The notes under the pieces are model-generated. The model had not been told where the DNA came from. It worked only from the letters and a program-made list of their open reading frames with translations, and made no database searches. The position numbers and the translations under genes were made by a program. Shown here piece by piece: positions 1 through 9,198 of a DNA stretch of 32,000 bases (positions within the stretch are counted from its first letter, which is position 1; the number at the start of each line of letters is the position of its first letter). This stretch comes from Acholeplasma laidlawii PG-8A (GTDB lineage Bacteria; Bacillota_I; Bacilli_A; Acholeplasmatales; Acholeplasmataceae), in NCBI RefSeq assembly GCF_000018785.1, contig NC_010163.1, forward strand, positions 1,320,001 to 1,352,000, in the 5' to 3' direction.

Positions 1-76
1 GCATCATATCTACAAATCCTGCAAGACCATCAAATGGTGAGTATTTGATAATACCTCTATCCGTATAAGGTCTCAT
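1..76 (-). CDS. YolD-like protein, N-terminal fragment (continues beyond window start)
   Basis: Reverse strand reads MRPYTDRGIIKYSPFDGLAGFVDMM..., resembling the YolD N-terminus (RG-I-KW/Y-PF). Its ATG overlaps the polymerase stop codon (ATGA, 73-76). Confidence 0.7.
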   Translation of the reverse strand, partial: MRPYTDRGIIKYSPFDGLAGFVDMM

Positions 77-1353
77 GCTTTGTGACGCCCAATAAATGTA
101 TTATGTTTAATAATCGTGGATTCTTTATTAAGTGCAGTTGCTCGGTTTACTGCATTCTTGCCAAACTTCTCTTTAATCTCATCCATAGCAGACATCAAAT
201 TATATTCACGGTCGATGCTTTCTGCATCTTCAAAGATTGAATACTGATAAGTGGTAGATTCTGTTAAACCACCAAGAGAAACTTCTACTGTTCTTATTGG
301 AAATCCATCATACTTATTTTTGAAGATATTTAGGCATGTTTCAAAGATTTGATCGACTGATGATGTTGGTTGGTCGAATGTGATTTGTTGATGTAATCCT
401 CCACCAATATCAGCATTATAACCTATACCAAAATGAATGACTCTACATCTTTTTTTATTGAGTCTTAATCTTCTTGATACTTCATCAACCATCTCTTGGA
501 TGATGGTTAATACTTCCTCACCATTATAATCATGAAACAGCACTTGACTCATCCCATAGGATTTGTTTTGATAGCGGAGTTTACCTTTATCTTGAATTAG
601 TGCATTATCAATGCCATGTGCATGATACCAAAGTTGTTGACCCATCACACCAAATCTATCTTGTAGAGCATCAACATTATAAGCTGCAAGGTCTCCTATT
701 GACCATATACCAAGTTTATTAAGATTAATTTCCATACGTGGTCCAATACCCCACATTTTAGATAGTGGTTCTACTGGCCATAATCTATCCGGTATATCTT
801 TATAAGACCATTTTGCTATCGAATCCTTTTGTTTCTTGGAATCTATATCCATGGATAGTTTTGCCATAAGTATATTAGGTCCTATACCAACAGATACTGG
901 TAAGTGCGGTTCATCAGTTATCTTTTTAATGATTTCTTTTGTTAGTTGAAGTTCTGTTTTATTGTAGAGTTTTAAATACCCTGTTAAATCTAAGAATGCT
1001 TCGTCTATGGAGTAAACATACAAATCATCTTCTGATACAAAAATCAAATAGATCTCAATAACCTTCATGGTGTACTCCATATAGGTTTTCATTCTTGACA
1101 TTGCATAAATGGTACCTTCTTTTAGATTATCTGGAATATCAAAGATTCTGATACGACCTGGAACTTCCATACTCTTTAAATACGGTGATACAGCCAGACA
1201 CAATGCATCTTTACCGCGAGAACGATCTGCAACCACTAGTGGTGTAGTAAAAGGGTCTAATCCCCTTAAAACGTATTCTACAGAAGCATAAAAAAACTTA
1301 AAGTCGATACATATAATATTTCTATGAACTTGTAAGTGTTGTAAATCTTCCAC
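73..1353 (-). CDS. Y-family DNA polymerase (UmuC/DinB/UvrX-like)
   Basis: ICIDFKFFYASVEYVLRGLDPFTTPLVVAD, VYSIDEAFLDLTGY, SVGIGPNILMAKLSMD and MWGIGPRMEINLNKLGI motifs. Start codon appears to be GTG. Confidence 0.95.
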   Translation of the reverse strand: MEDLQHLQVHRNIICIDFKFFYASVEYVLRGLDPFTTPLVVADRSRGKDALCLAVSPYLKSMEVPGRIRIFDIPDNLKEGTIYAMSRMKTYMEYTMKVIEIYLIFVSEDDLYVYSIDEAFLDLTGYLKLYNKTELQLTKEIIKKITDEPHLPVSVGIGPNILMAKLSMDIDSKKQKDSIAKWSYKDIPDRLWPVEPLSKMWGIGPRMEINLNKLGIWSIGDLAAYNVDALQDRFGVMGQQLWYHAHGIDNALIQDKGKLRYQNKSYGMSQVLFHDYNGEEVLTIIQEMVDEVSRRLRLNKKRCRVIHFGIGYNADIGGGLHQQITFDQPTSSVDQIFETCLNIFKNKYDGFPIRTVEVSLGGLTESTTYQYSIFEDAESIDREYNLMSAMDEIKEKFGKNAVNRATALNKESTIIKHNTFIGRHKA

Positions 1354-1367
1354 ACATTCTTAAAACC

Positions 1368-2189
1368 TCAATTCTTGTTATTGTTATCAGTCATTAATTT
1401 AATTAGCTTTACATTCTTTAGAGTTTCTTCTATTGAATCCCAACAGTTTAACACCATATTTTCTTTACTCTTTTTTTCAAAGTTATATATTTTACTTAAG
1501 GCATTTATTTCTTGTTTAAATCTAATTCTTATAACATCTATAGAGGTAGTAAGAAATACTTCTTTCTGAATGGCAACTGGTTCTCCATCCATTATTCTTA
1601 TCTTCATCATTTTCATAATATTAGCTAGAATTGATGTATAGTCACTAAGGAAAACAATCGCTTGAATCAAATATTCAAAACTGACTTTGTTATCGTACTC
1701 GAAATTATGATCAACATGACTATAATTTTTATCACGCATATATTTAAAATGATTGATTTCAATAGAGTTTTTTTCCCTCCATTCCATAAACAAATCAAAA
1801 TGATTTTTGAGCTTATTCAGATCAATATTTGTTTGAAATATGGATATAAACTCTTTACCTTTGTCAGATACATCTTTGTAAAAGTGATTCACAAATCCAG
1901 TTATAGAACTATCACCTTTAATATCGAGTAAATTGTTCAACTCAATAAACATATATGATTCATAAATAAATGCTTTATGTCTTAATGGATATAACACATA
2001 ATTTTCACTAATGTTTTGAACTCTAAGATGTTGAAAGAATATATTTACTGTATACCAGGACACTAAACTTTCAAACAACACATCAATGCGATGTTCTATT
2101 TCATTAAAAACATTAATCCATTTCTTTTCTTCAGAGGATGCATTAGGATTAAATTCATTAAATAATCTGTTTGCTATTTTCTTTATCAT
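1368..2189 (-). CDS. HEPN-like (AbiU2-like) hypothetical protein
   Basis: Open 273-aa ORF, alpha-helical looking, with a C-terminal R-x5-H motif (MRDKNYSHVDHN) typical of HEPN/AbiU2-like proteins. Confidence 0.5.
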   Translation of the reverse strand: MIKKIANRLFNEFNPNASSEEKKWINVFNEIEHRIDVLFESLVSWYTVNIFFQHLRVQNISENYVLYPLRHKAFIYESYMFIELNNLLDIKGDSSITGFVNHFYKDVSDKGKEFISIFQTNIDLNKLKNHFDLFMEWREKNSIEINHFKYMRDKNYSHVDHNFEYDNKVSFEYLIQAIVFLSDYTSILANIMKMMKIRIMDGEPVAIQKEVFLTTSIDVIRIRFKQEINALSKIYNFEKKSKENMVLNCWDSIEETLKNVKLIKLMTDNNNKN

Positions 2190-2234
2190 GTTTATTCCTC
2201 TCCGTGCATCTGCAAGAATTAGATTTTAATTGTC

Positions 2235-2672
2235 TCAATACCTGTCCAAATCCTTATAGTAATTCTTTATATGTGCTTGCCACGTTTTATTGGTATCAAG
2301 ATTATATTTATCGTATAAGTGTTTATTAAGTTTATTCAGTATGGTAAAAACTTCTTCTGAAGTGGCAATGAATCTAATCTCTTGATCTTCTTTTTTTACT
2401 GCATGAGCAATGGAATTTCTTAGTTCTCGAAGCCTTAACCAATCTGCTTCTTGCAATCCATCTCTTTGTTTCGCTTCATATAGTTCACGAGCACATATAA
2501 TAGATAAATGCATCATGCTCATGGGGACATCAATGTATGCGGGATGTTTAATTCTAAATTCACTCACTGAATCTTTTGTTTTTTTATGCTTTTTCTCAAC
2601 TTTATTATTGTAGTAGTTTAGCAACAATGTGGCAGTTAAATAATTCAGTTCAAGAGATGTAGGTGTACTCAT
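2235..2672 (-). CDS. Small HEPN-like hypothetical protein
   Basis: 145-aa ORF with an R-x4-H motif (LRELRNSIAHAVKKEDQE). Confidence 0.5.
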   Translation of the reverse strand: MSTPTSLELNYLTATLLLNYYNNKVEKKHKKTKDSVSEFRIKHPAYIDVPMSMMHLSIICARELYEAKQRDGLQEADWLRLRELRNSIAHAVKKEDQEIRFIATSEEVFTILNKLNKHLYDKYNLDTNKTWQAHIKNYYKDLDRY

Positions 2673-2833
2673 TTCTCTTGTTCCTCAACAGTTTTCTTTA
2701 ATTTTTCACGAAAATCAAACTTATTATCTATATTGTAAAAGATAAGCGTTTCAAATCTATTAACTAAACTTTCATTGATCAAATTCTTCTTGCATAAATC
2801 AATAGCGTTTCCTATTAAACTCTTCCATTTCAA
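2669..2833 (-). CDS. Candidate small ORF, ~54 aa, TTG start
   Basis: Not in the supplied track. Translates as (M)KWKSLIGNAIDLCKKNLINESLVNRFETLIFYNIDNKFDFREKLKKTVEEQEK*. AAAGGA lies ~9 nt upstream of the TTG, and its TGA overlaps the ATG of the next gene (ATGA). Confidence 0.4.
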   Translation of the reverse strand: MKWKSLIGNAIDLCKKNLINESLVNRFETLIFYNIDNKFDFREKLKKTVEEQEK

Positions 2834-2838
2834 TTATA

Positions 2839-4284
2839 CTAATCCTTTAATAGTATTGAAACTGCATTATATCCTATGAAAAAATCTATCTCTAATACAA
2901 GGATATTATCAACTAAACTCATATTTTCAGAAACTTCAAAAACTAAATTGAATTCATAAATACCTGGTTCTTTGATTTCCAAATCTATCCATGAATAATC
3001 ATTAATCGGTCTTAAACTGGCAAAATCAATAAAACCATAATATTTACTAATATCCTTATTAATATATGTGTTTTCTAAATGAAAATCGTTGTCATTATCA
3101 AGAGTATGATTTTTACCTTCAGTTTTTAATATACTAACATTAAGAATTAGATACTTGCTACCTTGAGGAGCGATTAAATGATTTTCTGAGTCGTTTTTAT
3201 TCAGCGTAGTTGCCTCATTTGAAAAACTCGCATTGGTAATCTTTATGGTATACACACCGTTTTCTAATATAGTATCTTCATTTATATTTATATATTCATC
3301 AAGAGGTACAAGTTCCTGATAATTTGCATACACAGTATAAACCAATTCATTCTCTGATGCATAAAAATATAAATCTCTGATTTTTGTTTCTGGGCTATCT
3401 TTTACACTTGACCAGTATAGAAATTGATAACCTTCTTTATAAGGTGTTGCAGTAGGCAATTCTTCAATTTGTCCTTTAGAAATGTTTATATCTATAATTT
3501 CTGATGAAGTTCCACCGTTGAAATCAAAATGAACATTATAATCATGAAGATTAGGACGTAAGATTAGAAAAACATTTTGTTCAATTCTATCCCAAGTATC
3601 AATTGAAAGCACCATTACTTGGGTAGAATTCAAAAATTCATCTGTTAAGAGAAAAGATAATTCAATGAATGAAGAAACACCATTATTTCTATATGGTTCA
3701 AATGTCTCAAATTGATTTGGATCACCTTTGATCACTTTATTTTTATTGCTAACTGCATTCTCAATACTACCTGTTATGTAATCCTCAGCAAAGCCAAGAG
3801 TTTCTTCAATGACATTAATGTCTCCTCCTATTGCACCAGATAACATAGCAGAAAAAGTAGCATTTGCCAATGCTTCCATAAAAATAGACATATTTGAGCG
3901 GGCATACATATCAACCAACCTTAATTCAAAATATTCAGATTTAATATCTTGTTGATTTACATTGATATCAGTATTCCATTGTTCAACTCTTATACTTAAA
4001 TTAAGCATATATTTTTCATCTTCTGTTTCAACAGCATTGATGCCAACCACCTTCATGAAAATTTCATCTGCAAAAACAAATTCTTCATATAAAAAGTTGT
4101 TGTTTTCATCATATTCCTCAACCAGTGGAGGATTATTTGTTGGTGGATTTTGATTAGTTATTGAGTTGTATATTGCTATACCAACTATTGCTAATATTAT
4201 GACTCCAAAAAGAATCCTTATAGACATTGGAATCTTTATTGTGATTAATTCTACAAACTTTTGTATGCCTTCTAAAAATTTCAT
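2839..4284 (-). CDS. Membrane-anchored extracytoplasmic protein with InlB B-repeat-like (Listeria-Bacteroides) domain
   Basis: N-terminal TM segment (IRILFGVIILAIVGIAIYNSI). YNVHFDFNGGTSSEI...PTATPYKEGYQFLYWSS resembles an InlB B-repeat. RBS GGAGAG precedes the ATG. Confidence 0.6.
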   Translation of the reverse strand: MKFLEGIQKFVELITIKIPMSIRILFGVIILAIVGIAIYNSITNQNPPTNNPPLVEEYDENNNFLYEEFVFADEIFMKVVGINAVETEDEKYMLNLSIRVEQWNTDINVNQQDIKSEYFELRLVDMYARSNMSIFMEALANATFSAMLSGAIGGDINVIEETLGFAEDYITGSIENAVSNKNKVIKGDPNQFETFEPYRNNGVSSFIELSFLLTDEFLNSTQVMVLSIDTWDRIEQNVFLILRPNLHDYNVHFDFNGGTSSEIIDINISKGQIEELPTATPYKEGYQFLYWSSVKDSPETKIRDLYFYASENELVYTVYANYQELVPLDEYININEDTILENGVYTIKITNASFSNEATTLNKNDSENHLIAPQGSKYLILNVSILKTEGKNHTLDNDNDFHLENTYINKDISKYYGFIDFASLRPINDYSWIDLEIKEPGIYEFNLVFEVSENMSLVDNILVLEIDFFIGYNAVSILLKD

Positions 4285-4349
4285 TTTCTCTCCTAATGTT
4301 AAACTACTTGCAATAGTTCACTTTATAAACCCATTCTACCATAAAAGAA

Positions 4350-4386
4350 AAGCCGTTAACATACTTGTTTATGATGTTATCGGCTT
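4350..4386 (-). terminator. Probable intrinsic terminator downstream of hsdR
   Basis: Interrupted inverted repeat AAGCCGtTAACAT...ATGTTAtCGGCTT, followed on the minus strand by TTTCTTTTAT. Confidence 0.6.
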
Positions 4387-4457
4387 ACTGTATCTGTTTT
4401 ACATTTGTTGATAGATTTTTGCATAATAATTTCTTTTAGAGTTAATCGCTAATATTA

Positions 4458-7451
4458 TTATTTTCTAAGCTTTTTATAAAGTTCTTTAGCCATTGCATCC
4501 ATTACTCTTTCGTAAAAGGATGTGTCTGTAAATAATTTTTCAAATGACTCGTGATTTTCTGTAAATAATCTTAAGGCTATATCCTTGAATTTATCAGGAA
4601 ATAAACTCTTAATGAACATTTCTGGATTATTTTCTTTTGCGTATTGAGCATATTTTTTAACTTCTGGATCATTCATGAACATCTCAAAGATACCAGAAAT
4701 AATGACTTTATCACTATCAGTGAATTGTCCCATATATTGCTCATTAACCTTATCAATGATACTTTGAAGAGTGTCTTTAGATTTAGGTTTTCTTTTTGCA
4801 TCTACTGATTGCTCAGGTTTTAAATCAACTGATGTTTTTTCTAGTTCTATGCTTCCTTTATATGTCTCTTTAAGTTTGGCAAACTCTAGATTAATCTTGT
4901 CATCAATACTAATTTTTTCTGCAGTATCTTTAGGTAATAGATTGATTAGATAAGAAATGAACATAAACTCTTTAAAGAGTTCTTTATCATTAATTCTTAC
5001 GATTTGGGTGATATATGAATAGGCATGATTGAATTTTCTTAATAGATCCCTATATTCATATTTTTGTTTTTCATCCAACTCAAGATACTGATCTATGACA
5101 GGTTTTAGTATACTTGTTACACGGCCAAGTGCTTTATCGTCTTGTTTCTTTGCTGCATCTATTTTGATTTTGGCAAAAAGATCCACATCTTGATCGTTAT
5201 ATAGCATATAACTGTGTATCTTAGTTCTTAAATCATAGACACGATTATAATCTGTTTGGCCATCTAAATAGGTTGTTTCAAAGAATGGTTGGAATGACTT
5301 TTTCATGTCTTCATGCGTGTTTACAAAATCCATGACAAAAGTGTCTACCTTACCTGGATATACGCGATTCATTCTAGAAAGCGTTTGAACAGCATTCACA
5401 CCATGAAGTTTTTTATCAACATACATGGAATGTAGTAACGGTTCATCAAATCCTGTTTGATATTTATTTGCAACCACTAAGATATTGAATTTATCGCTTC
5501 TAAATGCTTTTCTGAGTTTCTTATCAGAATTAATATAATGACCTTCACTATCAATATTCATTTCAGCTTCTCTATATGATTTACCATCTAGCTTAACCTC
5601 TCCAGAAAATGCAACAAGTACCCCAATATTTGAAGTTATATCTGGATTATCTTTAATGTATTCTTGAATTGCATGATAATATCGGACAGCATTATGCCTT
5701 GAGTCAGCAACAACCATCGCTTTCGCTTTACCATCAATTCTAAATTGACCATTGTTTAAGAAGTTGTCCATAATAAGTTCGGTTTTCTTGTGAATGGTAA
5801 ACCCATGTTCTTTATAATAGCGAACTAAGACTCTCTTAGCTTGTCCTTCGATAACTTCAGGATTGTCTCTTGTTGTTCTAACTATCTTAAATTGATCTTG
5901 AAGTGTTGTATAGTATTTTAAGACATCTAAAATAAATCCTTCTTCAATGGCTTGTCTCATAGAGTAAACATGAAATGGTTCATGTTTTCCAGTGGATGGA
6001 TTTCTTCTGCCAAAAAGTTCAATTGTCTTATTTTTAGGCGTTGCAGTGAATGCAAAGAAAGATTGATTACTGTGTTGTCCTTGGGCTAATACTTCTGCAA
6101 CAAGTTCATCCGTATCATCGACTTCATCTTCTTCGATACCTTCCATCTCTGCATACTCTTTAATTGCAACTTTCTTATCAATCAGTGCCCTTCTTAAGGT
6201 CTTAGCACTTGCACCAGTTTGACCTTGATGCGCTTCATCCACGATAATCGCAAACTTTCTACCTTCCATTTCATCGAAATCTTTATAGGCAAACAAGAAT
6301 TTTTGAATGGTACAAATAATAATACGTTTCTTATCGTTAATTGCTTCCGTAAGGCCTCTTGAACGCTTTTTATCATCAATTGCTTCAACTAATCCAGCTC
6401 TATGCTCAAAGCCGTTAATCGTATCTTGTAGTTGTGAATCAAGTACTACACGGTCAGTAACAATGATAACTGAATCAAATATTGGTTTATCATCTATATC
6501 ATGGACAGATGCCAATCTATATGCAATCCAAGCGATAGAATTTGATTTACCGGATCCCGCACTATGTTCAATTAAATATTTTTGACCTACACCATTATCT
6601 TTAACGTCCGATAATACTTTCTTAACGACATCATACTGATGATATCTAGGAAATATTATTTTCTTTGAGTCTTTAGGATTAGAAATAAAACGATGAAGTA
6701 TGTCTATGATGGAATTTTTAGATAGTACATCTTCCCATAGATATGATGTGGTATAACCATAAGGGTTTTGCGGATTACCAGCGCCACCACTGACACCAGA
6801 ACCATTAGATCCTTGATTGAAAGGTAAGAAATGTGTATCAGCACCTTTAAGTTCTGTCGTCATCCATGTTTCATATAGGTCTACAGCAAAATAAACCAAT
6901 ATTCTATGATTGAATCTGAATATCAGTTCTTTTGGATCGCGATTGTAACGCCATTGGTGCATCGCATTTCTATAATCTTGTCCCTTTAATTGGTTTTTAA
7001 GTTCGATTGCAATAAAAGGAATACCATTAATGGATAGGACCATATCAATCGTATTGTTATTGAAAGGTGAATATGCAAATTGTCTTGTTACACCTAATAT
7101 GTTACCTTCATAACGTTCAACCAAAGTTGGATTCAACTCTGATTCAGGTTTAAAGAAACAGATAAAAAGGTCTATCCCCATATCTTTTATGCCATTTCTT
7201 AATACATGAAGAAGCCCGTGATGACTAATAGAATCTTCTAGTCTGCGATATAGTTTATTAGGTGCTTCATCACCATAATACTTTTCATATCGTTCCCATG
7301 ATTTACTTTGAGTCTTTTTAATAAACTCTACAAGGATATCTAGATAAATACCTTTTGATACATCATATCCTTGCATAGAAAGTTTTCTATACTCTTGATT
7401 AATCAAATGAGACTCTATATCCTCTTCAAACCTTTTTTCATTATCTTTCAT
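4458..7451 (-). CDS. hsdR: Type I restriction endonuclease, R subunit (HsdR)
   Basis: N-terminal nuclease-like region (IDMVLSINGIPFIAIELKN), Walker A SAGSGKSNSIAW, VDEAHQGQTG, FFAFTATPKNKT and TGFDEP motifs. Confidence 0.95.
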   Translation of the reverse strand: MKDNEKRFEEDIESHLINQEYRKLSMQGYDVSKGIYLDILVEFIKKTQSKSWERYEKYYGDEAPNKLYRRLEDSISHHGLLHVLRNGIKDMGIDLFICFFKPESELNPTLVERYEGNILGVTRQFAYSPFNNNTIDMVLSINGIPFIAIELKNQLKGQDYRNAMHQWRYNRDPKELIFRFNHRILVYFAVDLYETWMTTELKGADTHFLPFNQGSNGSGVSGGAGNPQNPYGYTTSYLWEDVLSKNSIIDILHRFISNPKDSKKIIFPRYHQYDVVKKVLSDVKDNGVGQKYLIEHSAGSGKSNSIAWIAYRLASVHDIDDKPIFDSVIIVTDRVVLDSQLQDTINGFEHRAGLVEAIDDKKRSRGLTEAINDKKRIIICTIQKFLFAYKDFDEMEGRKFAIIVDEAHQGQTGASAKTLRRALIDKKVAIKEYAEMEGIEEDEVDDTDELVAEVLAQGQHSNQSFFAFTATPKNKTIELFGRRNPSTGKHEPFHVYSMRQAIEEGFILDVLKYYTTLQDQFKIVRTTRDNPEVIEGQAKRVLVRYYKEHGFTIHKKTELIMDNFLNNGQFRIDGKAKAMVVADSRHNAVRYYHAIQEYIKDNPDITSNIGVLVAFSGEVKLDGKSYREAEMNIDSEGHYINSDKKLRKAFRSDKFNILVVANKYQTGFDEPLLHSMYVDKKLHGVNAVQTLSRMNRVYPGKVDTFVMDFVNTHEDMKKSFQPFFETTYLDGQTDYNRVYDLRTKIHSYMLYNDQDVDLFAKIKIDAAKKQDDKALGRVTSILKPVIDQYLELDEKQKYEYRDLLRKFNHAYSYITQIVRINDKELFKEFMFISYLINLLPKDTAEKISIDDKINLEFAKLKETYKGSIELEKTSVDLKPEQSVDAKRKPKSKDTLQSIIDKVNEQYMGQFTDSDKVIISGIFEMFMNDPEVKKYAQYAKENNPEMFIKSLFPDKFKDIALRLFTENHESFEKLFTDTSFYERVMDAMAKELYKKLRK

Positions 7452-7455
7452 AGAT

Positions 7456-7878
7456 TCACCCCTTTAAAGTGTTTCTTTTCTTTACTAAAAATAATATTGT
7501 GAAAATCGTAATGATAGTTATCCCTAAAATACTCCAAGAAATTATGATGATATGTTCTTGTAAAAACATAATGAGTGCACTCAATGCAAATCCAATCATC
7601 GTTGAAACTACAAAATAAACATATTTCATTGCATCTGAATTAAATAGTCCGATTGAATTAAATATAATCCCAACCAAAGCATAAGACAGTATGAATGTCA
7701 GTGATTTAACAATGATTTCAATTGATGGAGATAATCCAAAATCAGTTAAACTTAATTGAAATATCCATAGAGTCAGTTTAATGAATTCACTAGTCAAATC
7801 TAGTAGGACCGAGAATACTCCAGTAGCAATTAGTATCAATAATATAATTCCACCAATCATTGACCTTACATCTCTCAT
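7456..7878 (-). CDS. Small ~4-TM membrane protein of unknown function inside the type I R-M locus
   Basis: 140-aa ORF with four strongly hydrophobic segments. It fits tightly between hsdS (ends 7879) and hsdR (starts 7451). Confidence 0.7.
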   Translation of the reverse strand: MRDVRSMIGGIILLILIATGVFSVLLDLTSEFIKLTLWIFQLSLTDFGLSPSIEIIVKSLTFILSYALVGIIFNSIGLFNSDAMKYVYFVVSTMIGFALSALIMFLQEHIIIISWSILGITIITIFTILFLVKKRNTLKG

Positions 7879-9198
7879 TTATGAAACTTCTTTCTTTCCT
7901 GTTACGTATTCGTAGATGAGGGATTTTTTATAATTATACAGTTCATCTATTTTTTTATTTTTTAGTTCAATAAGTTCATCAAGCCTTAAAACTTTATTGT
8001 CTAAATACTTAATTATTTTATTTTGATCATCTATAGGGGGTAATACAAACCTTAAGCCTCTTATAATTGTCATTGAAATATTCGGTTGTGCAGTAGCCTT
8101 TAAGTATTGATCTTTTTCGAAATTTGCTGCATTACTCATCAAGTAATATAACAAATATCTTAATGATATTCTATCTTCATGTGACTTTAAAATTTCAATT
8201 TTCGCCACATTTGGTGCTAATTGATGCAGTTTTTCTTCATTAAAAATAGCAACTTCGCCTACACCTGCTCCAATAAAAGTCATCAATATACATGGCTTAT
8301 CTAAATTAGATCTTACCAATTTTCTGGCAGTATCATTATTTATATATCCAGTAAAATCTTTAATAAATTTATCGTTTTTTATATTTTGAGCTCTAACAAT
8401 CGGAATATCATCAAATTCATTTATGTTCTTACTAAGAATCTCAGTAAATTCAAAACCAGCTAGTTTAGTTACAAATGTATGCCGAGAAATTAATGATACA
8501 TCATAATTTTTAGGGATTAATCCTATCCATTTGACATTACTATCTTTAAATTCTACATTTGGGTTTAAACCTTTAGTAACAACCTCACTAATAAGTGATT
8601 GCTTGTACTCTTTGAGTTTTTCGATTTGTTGCTTTTGATTATCTATCAATTTATTAATTATCAATGTTTTATTGCCTACATATAAGCTTATTCTAATTTG
8701 ATTATTTAACTCAGGGATAATCAAAGGTAAATTATTAACTATATCTGCATTTAAATTACTTTGGGTTGTTCCATTAGAAAAGTAGAAAATATTTTCTTTA
8801 GCTATCATAAGAAGAAATTTCAAGTAGTTTTTATCAATAGAAATTCCCATTTTAGGTATTAATGCTAAAATTGCTTGGCTAATTGTAGCCTTTGTTTTCA
8901 ACTCAGAAACCGAACCTAAAGATGCATAAATAGAGTACAAGATTGTTCCTGATTTAAGAATTTTTAAGTTTTTGTTTTTAATTCCTTTATCAGTCAGCTT
9001 TTTAGTCGTGTCAGTTATATACTCTGTATTAGTCATGTCAGATATGTTGACAAAACAAACACCTTCTTCTGCATAGTTACTATCTACTGATGATAAAGGA
9101 GTTCCACCGCTATATAGTTCATAAAAATGCTTGATTTTCATTTTCTTCCAGTTATCCGGAACGACACCATAAATATAATTTACATCATTCATTTCCAA
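7879..9198 (-). CDS. hsdS: Type I restriction-modification specificity subunit (HsdS)
   Basis: Two target-recognition halves, each followed by a spacer: LIDNQKQQIEKLKEYKQSLISEVVTKG and LIELKNKKIDELYNYKKSLIYEYVTGK. The start may be ATG at 9192 rather than TTG at 9198. Confidence 0.93.
   Translation of the reverse strand: MEMNDVNYIYGVVPDNWKKMKIKHFYELYSGGTPLSSVDSNYAEEGVCFVNISDMTNTEYITDTTKKLTDKGIKNKNLKILKSGTILYSIYASLGSVSELKTKATISQAILALIPKMGISIDKNYLKFLLMIAKENIFYFSNGTTQSNLNADIVNNLPLIIPELNNQIRISLYVGNKTLIINKLIDNQKQQIEKLKEYKQSLISEVVTKGLNPNVEFKDSNVKWIGLIPKNYDVSLISRHTFVTKLAGFEFTEILSKNINEFDDIPIVRAQNIKNDKFIKDFTGYINNDTARKLVRSNLDKPCILMTFIGAGVGEVAIFNEEKLHQLAPNVAKIEILKSHEDRISLRYLLYYLMSNAANFEKDQYLKATAQPNISMTIIRGLRFVLPPIDDQNKIIKYLDNKVLRLDELIELKNKKIDELYNYKKSLIYEYVTGKKEVS

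Noticed and set aside
7879-9198. Phase-variable/shuffling hsdS.
   Set aside because: The two spacer segments are similar at protein level, but I see no long identical or inverted DNA repeats, recombinase or partial hsdS copies in the window.
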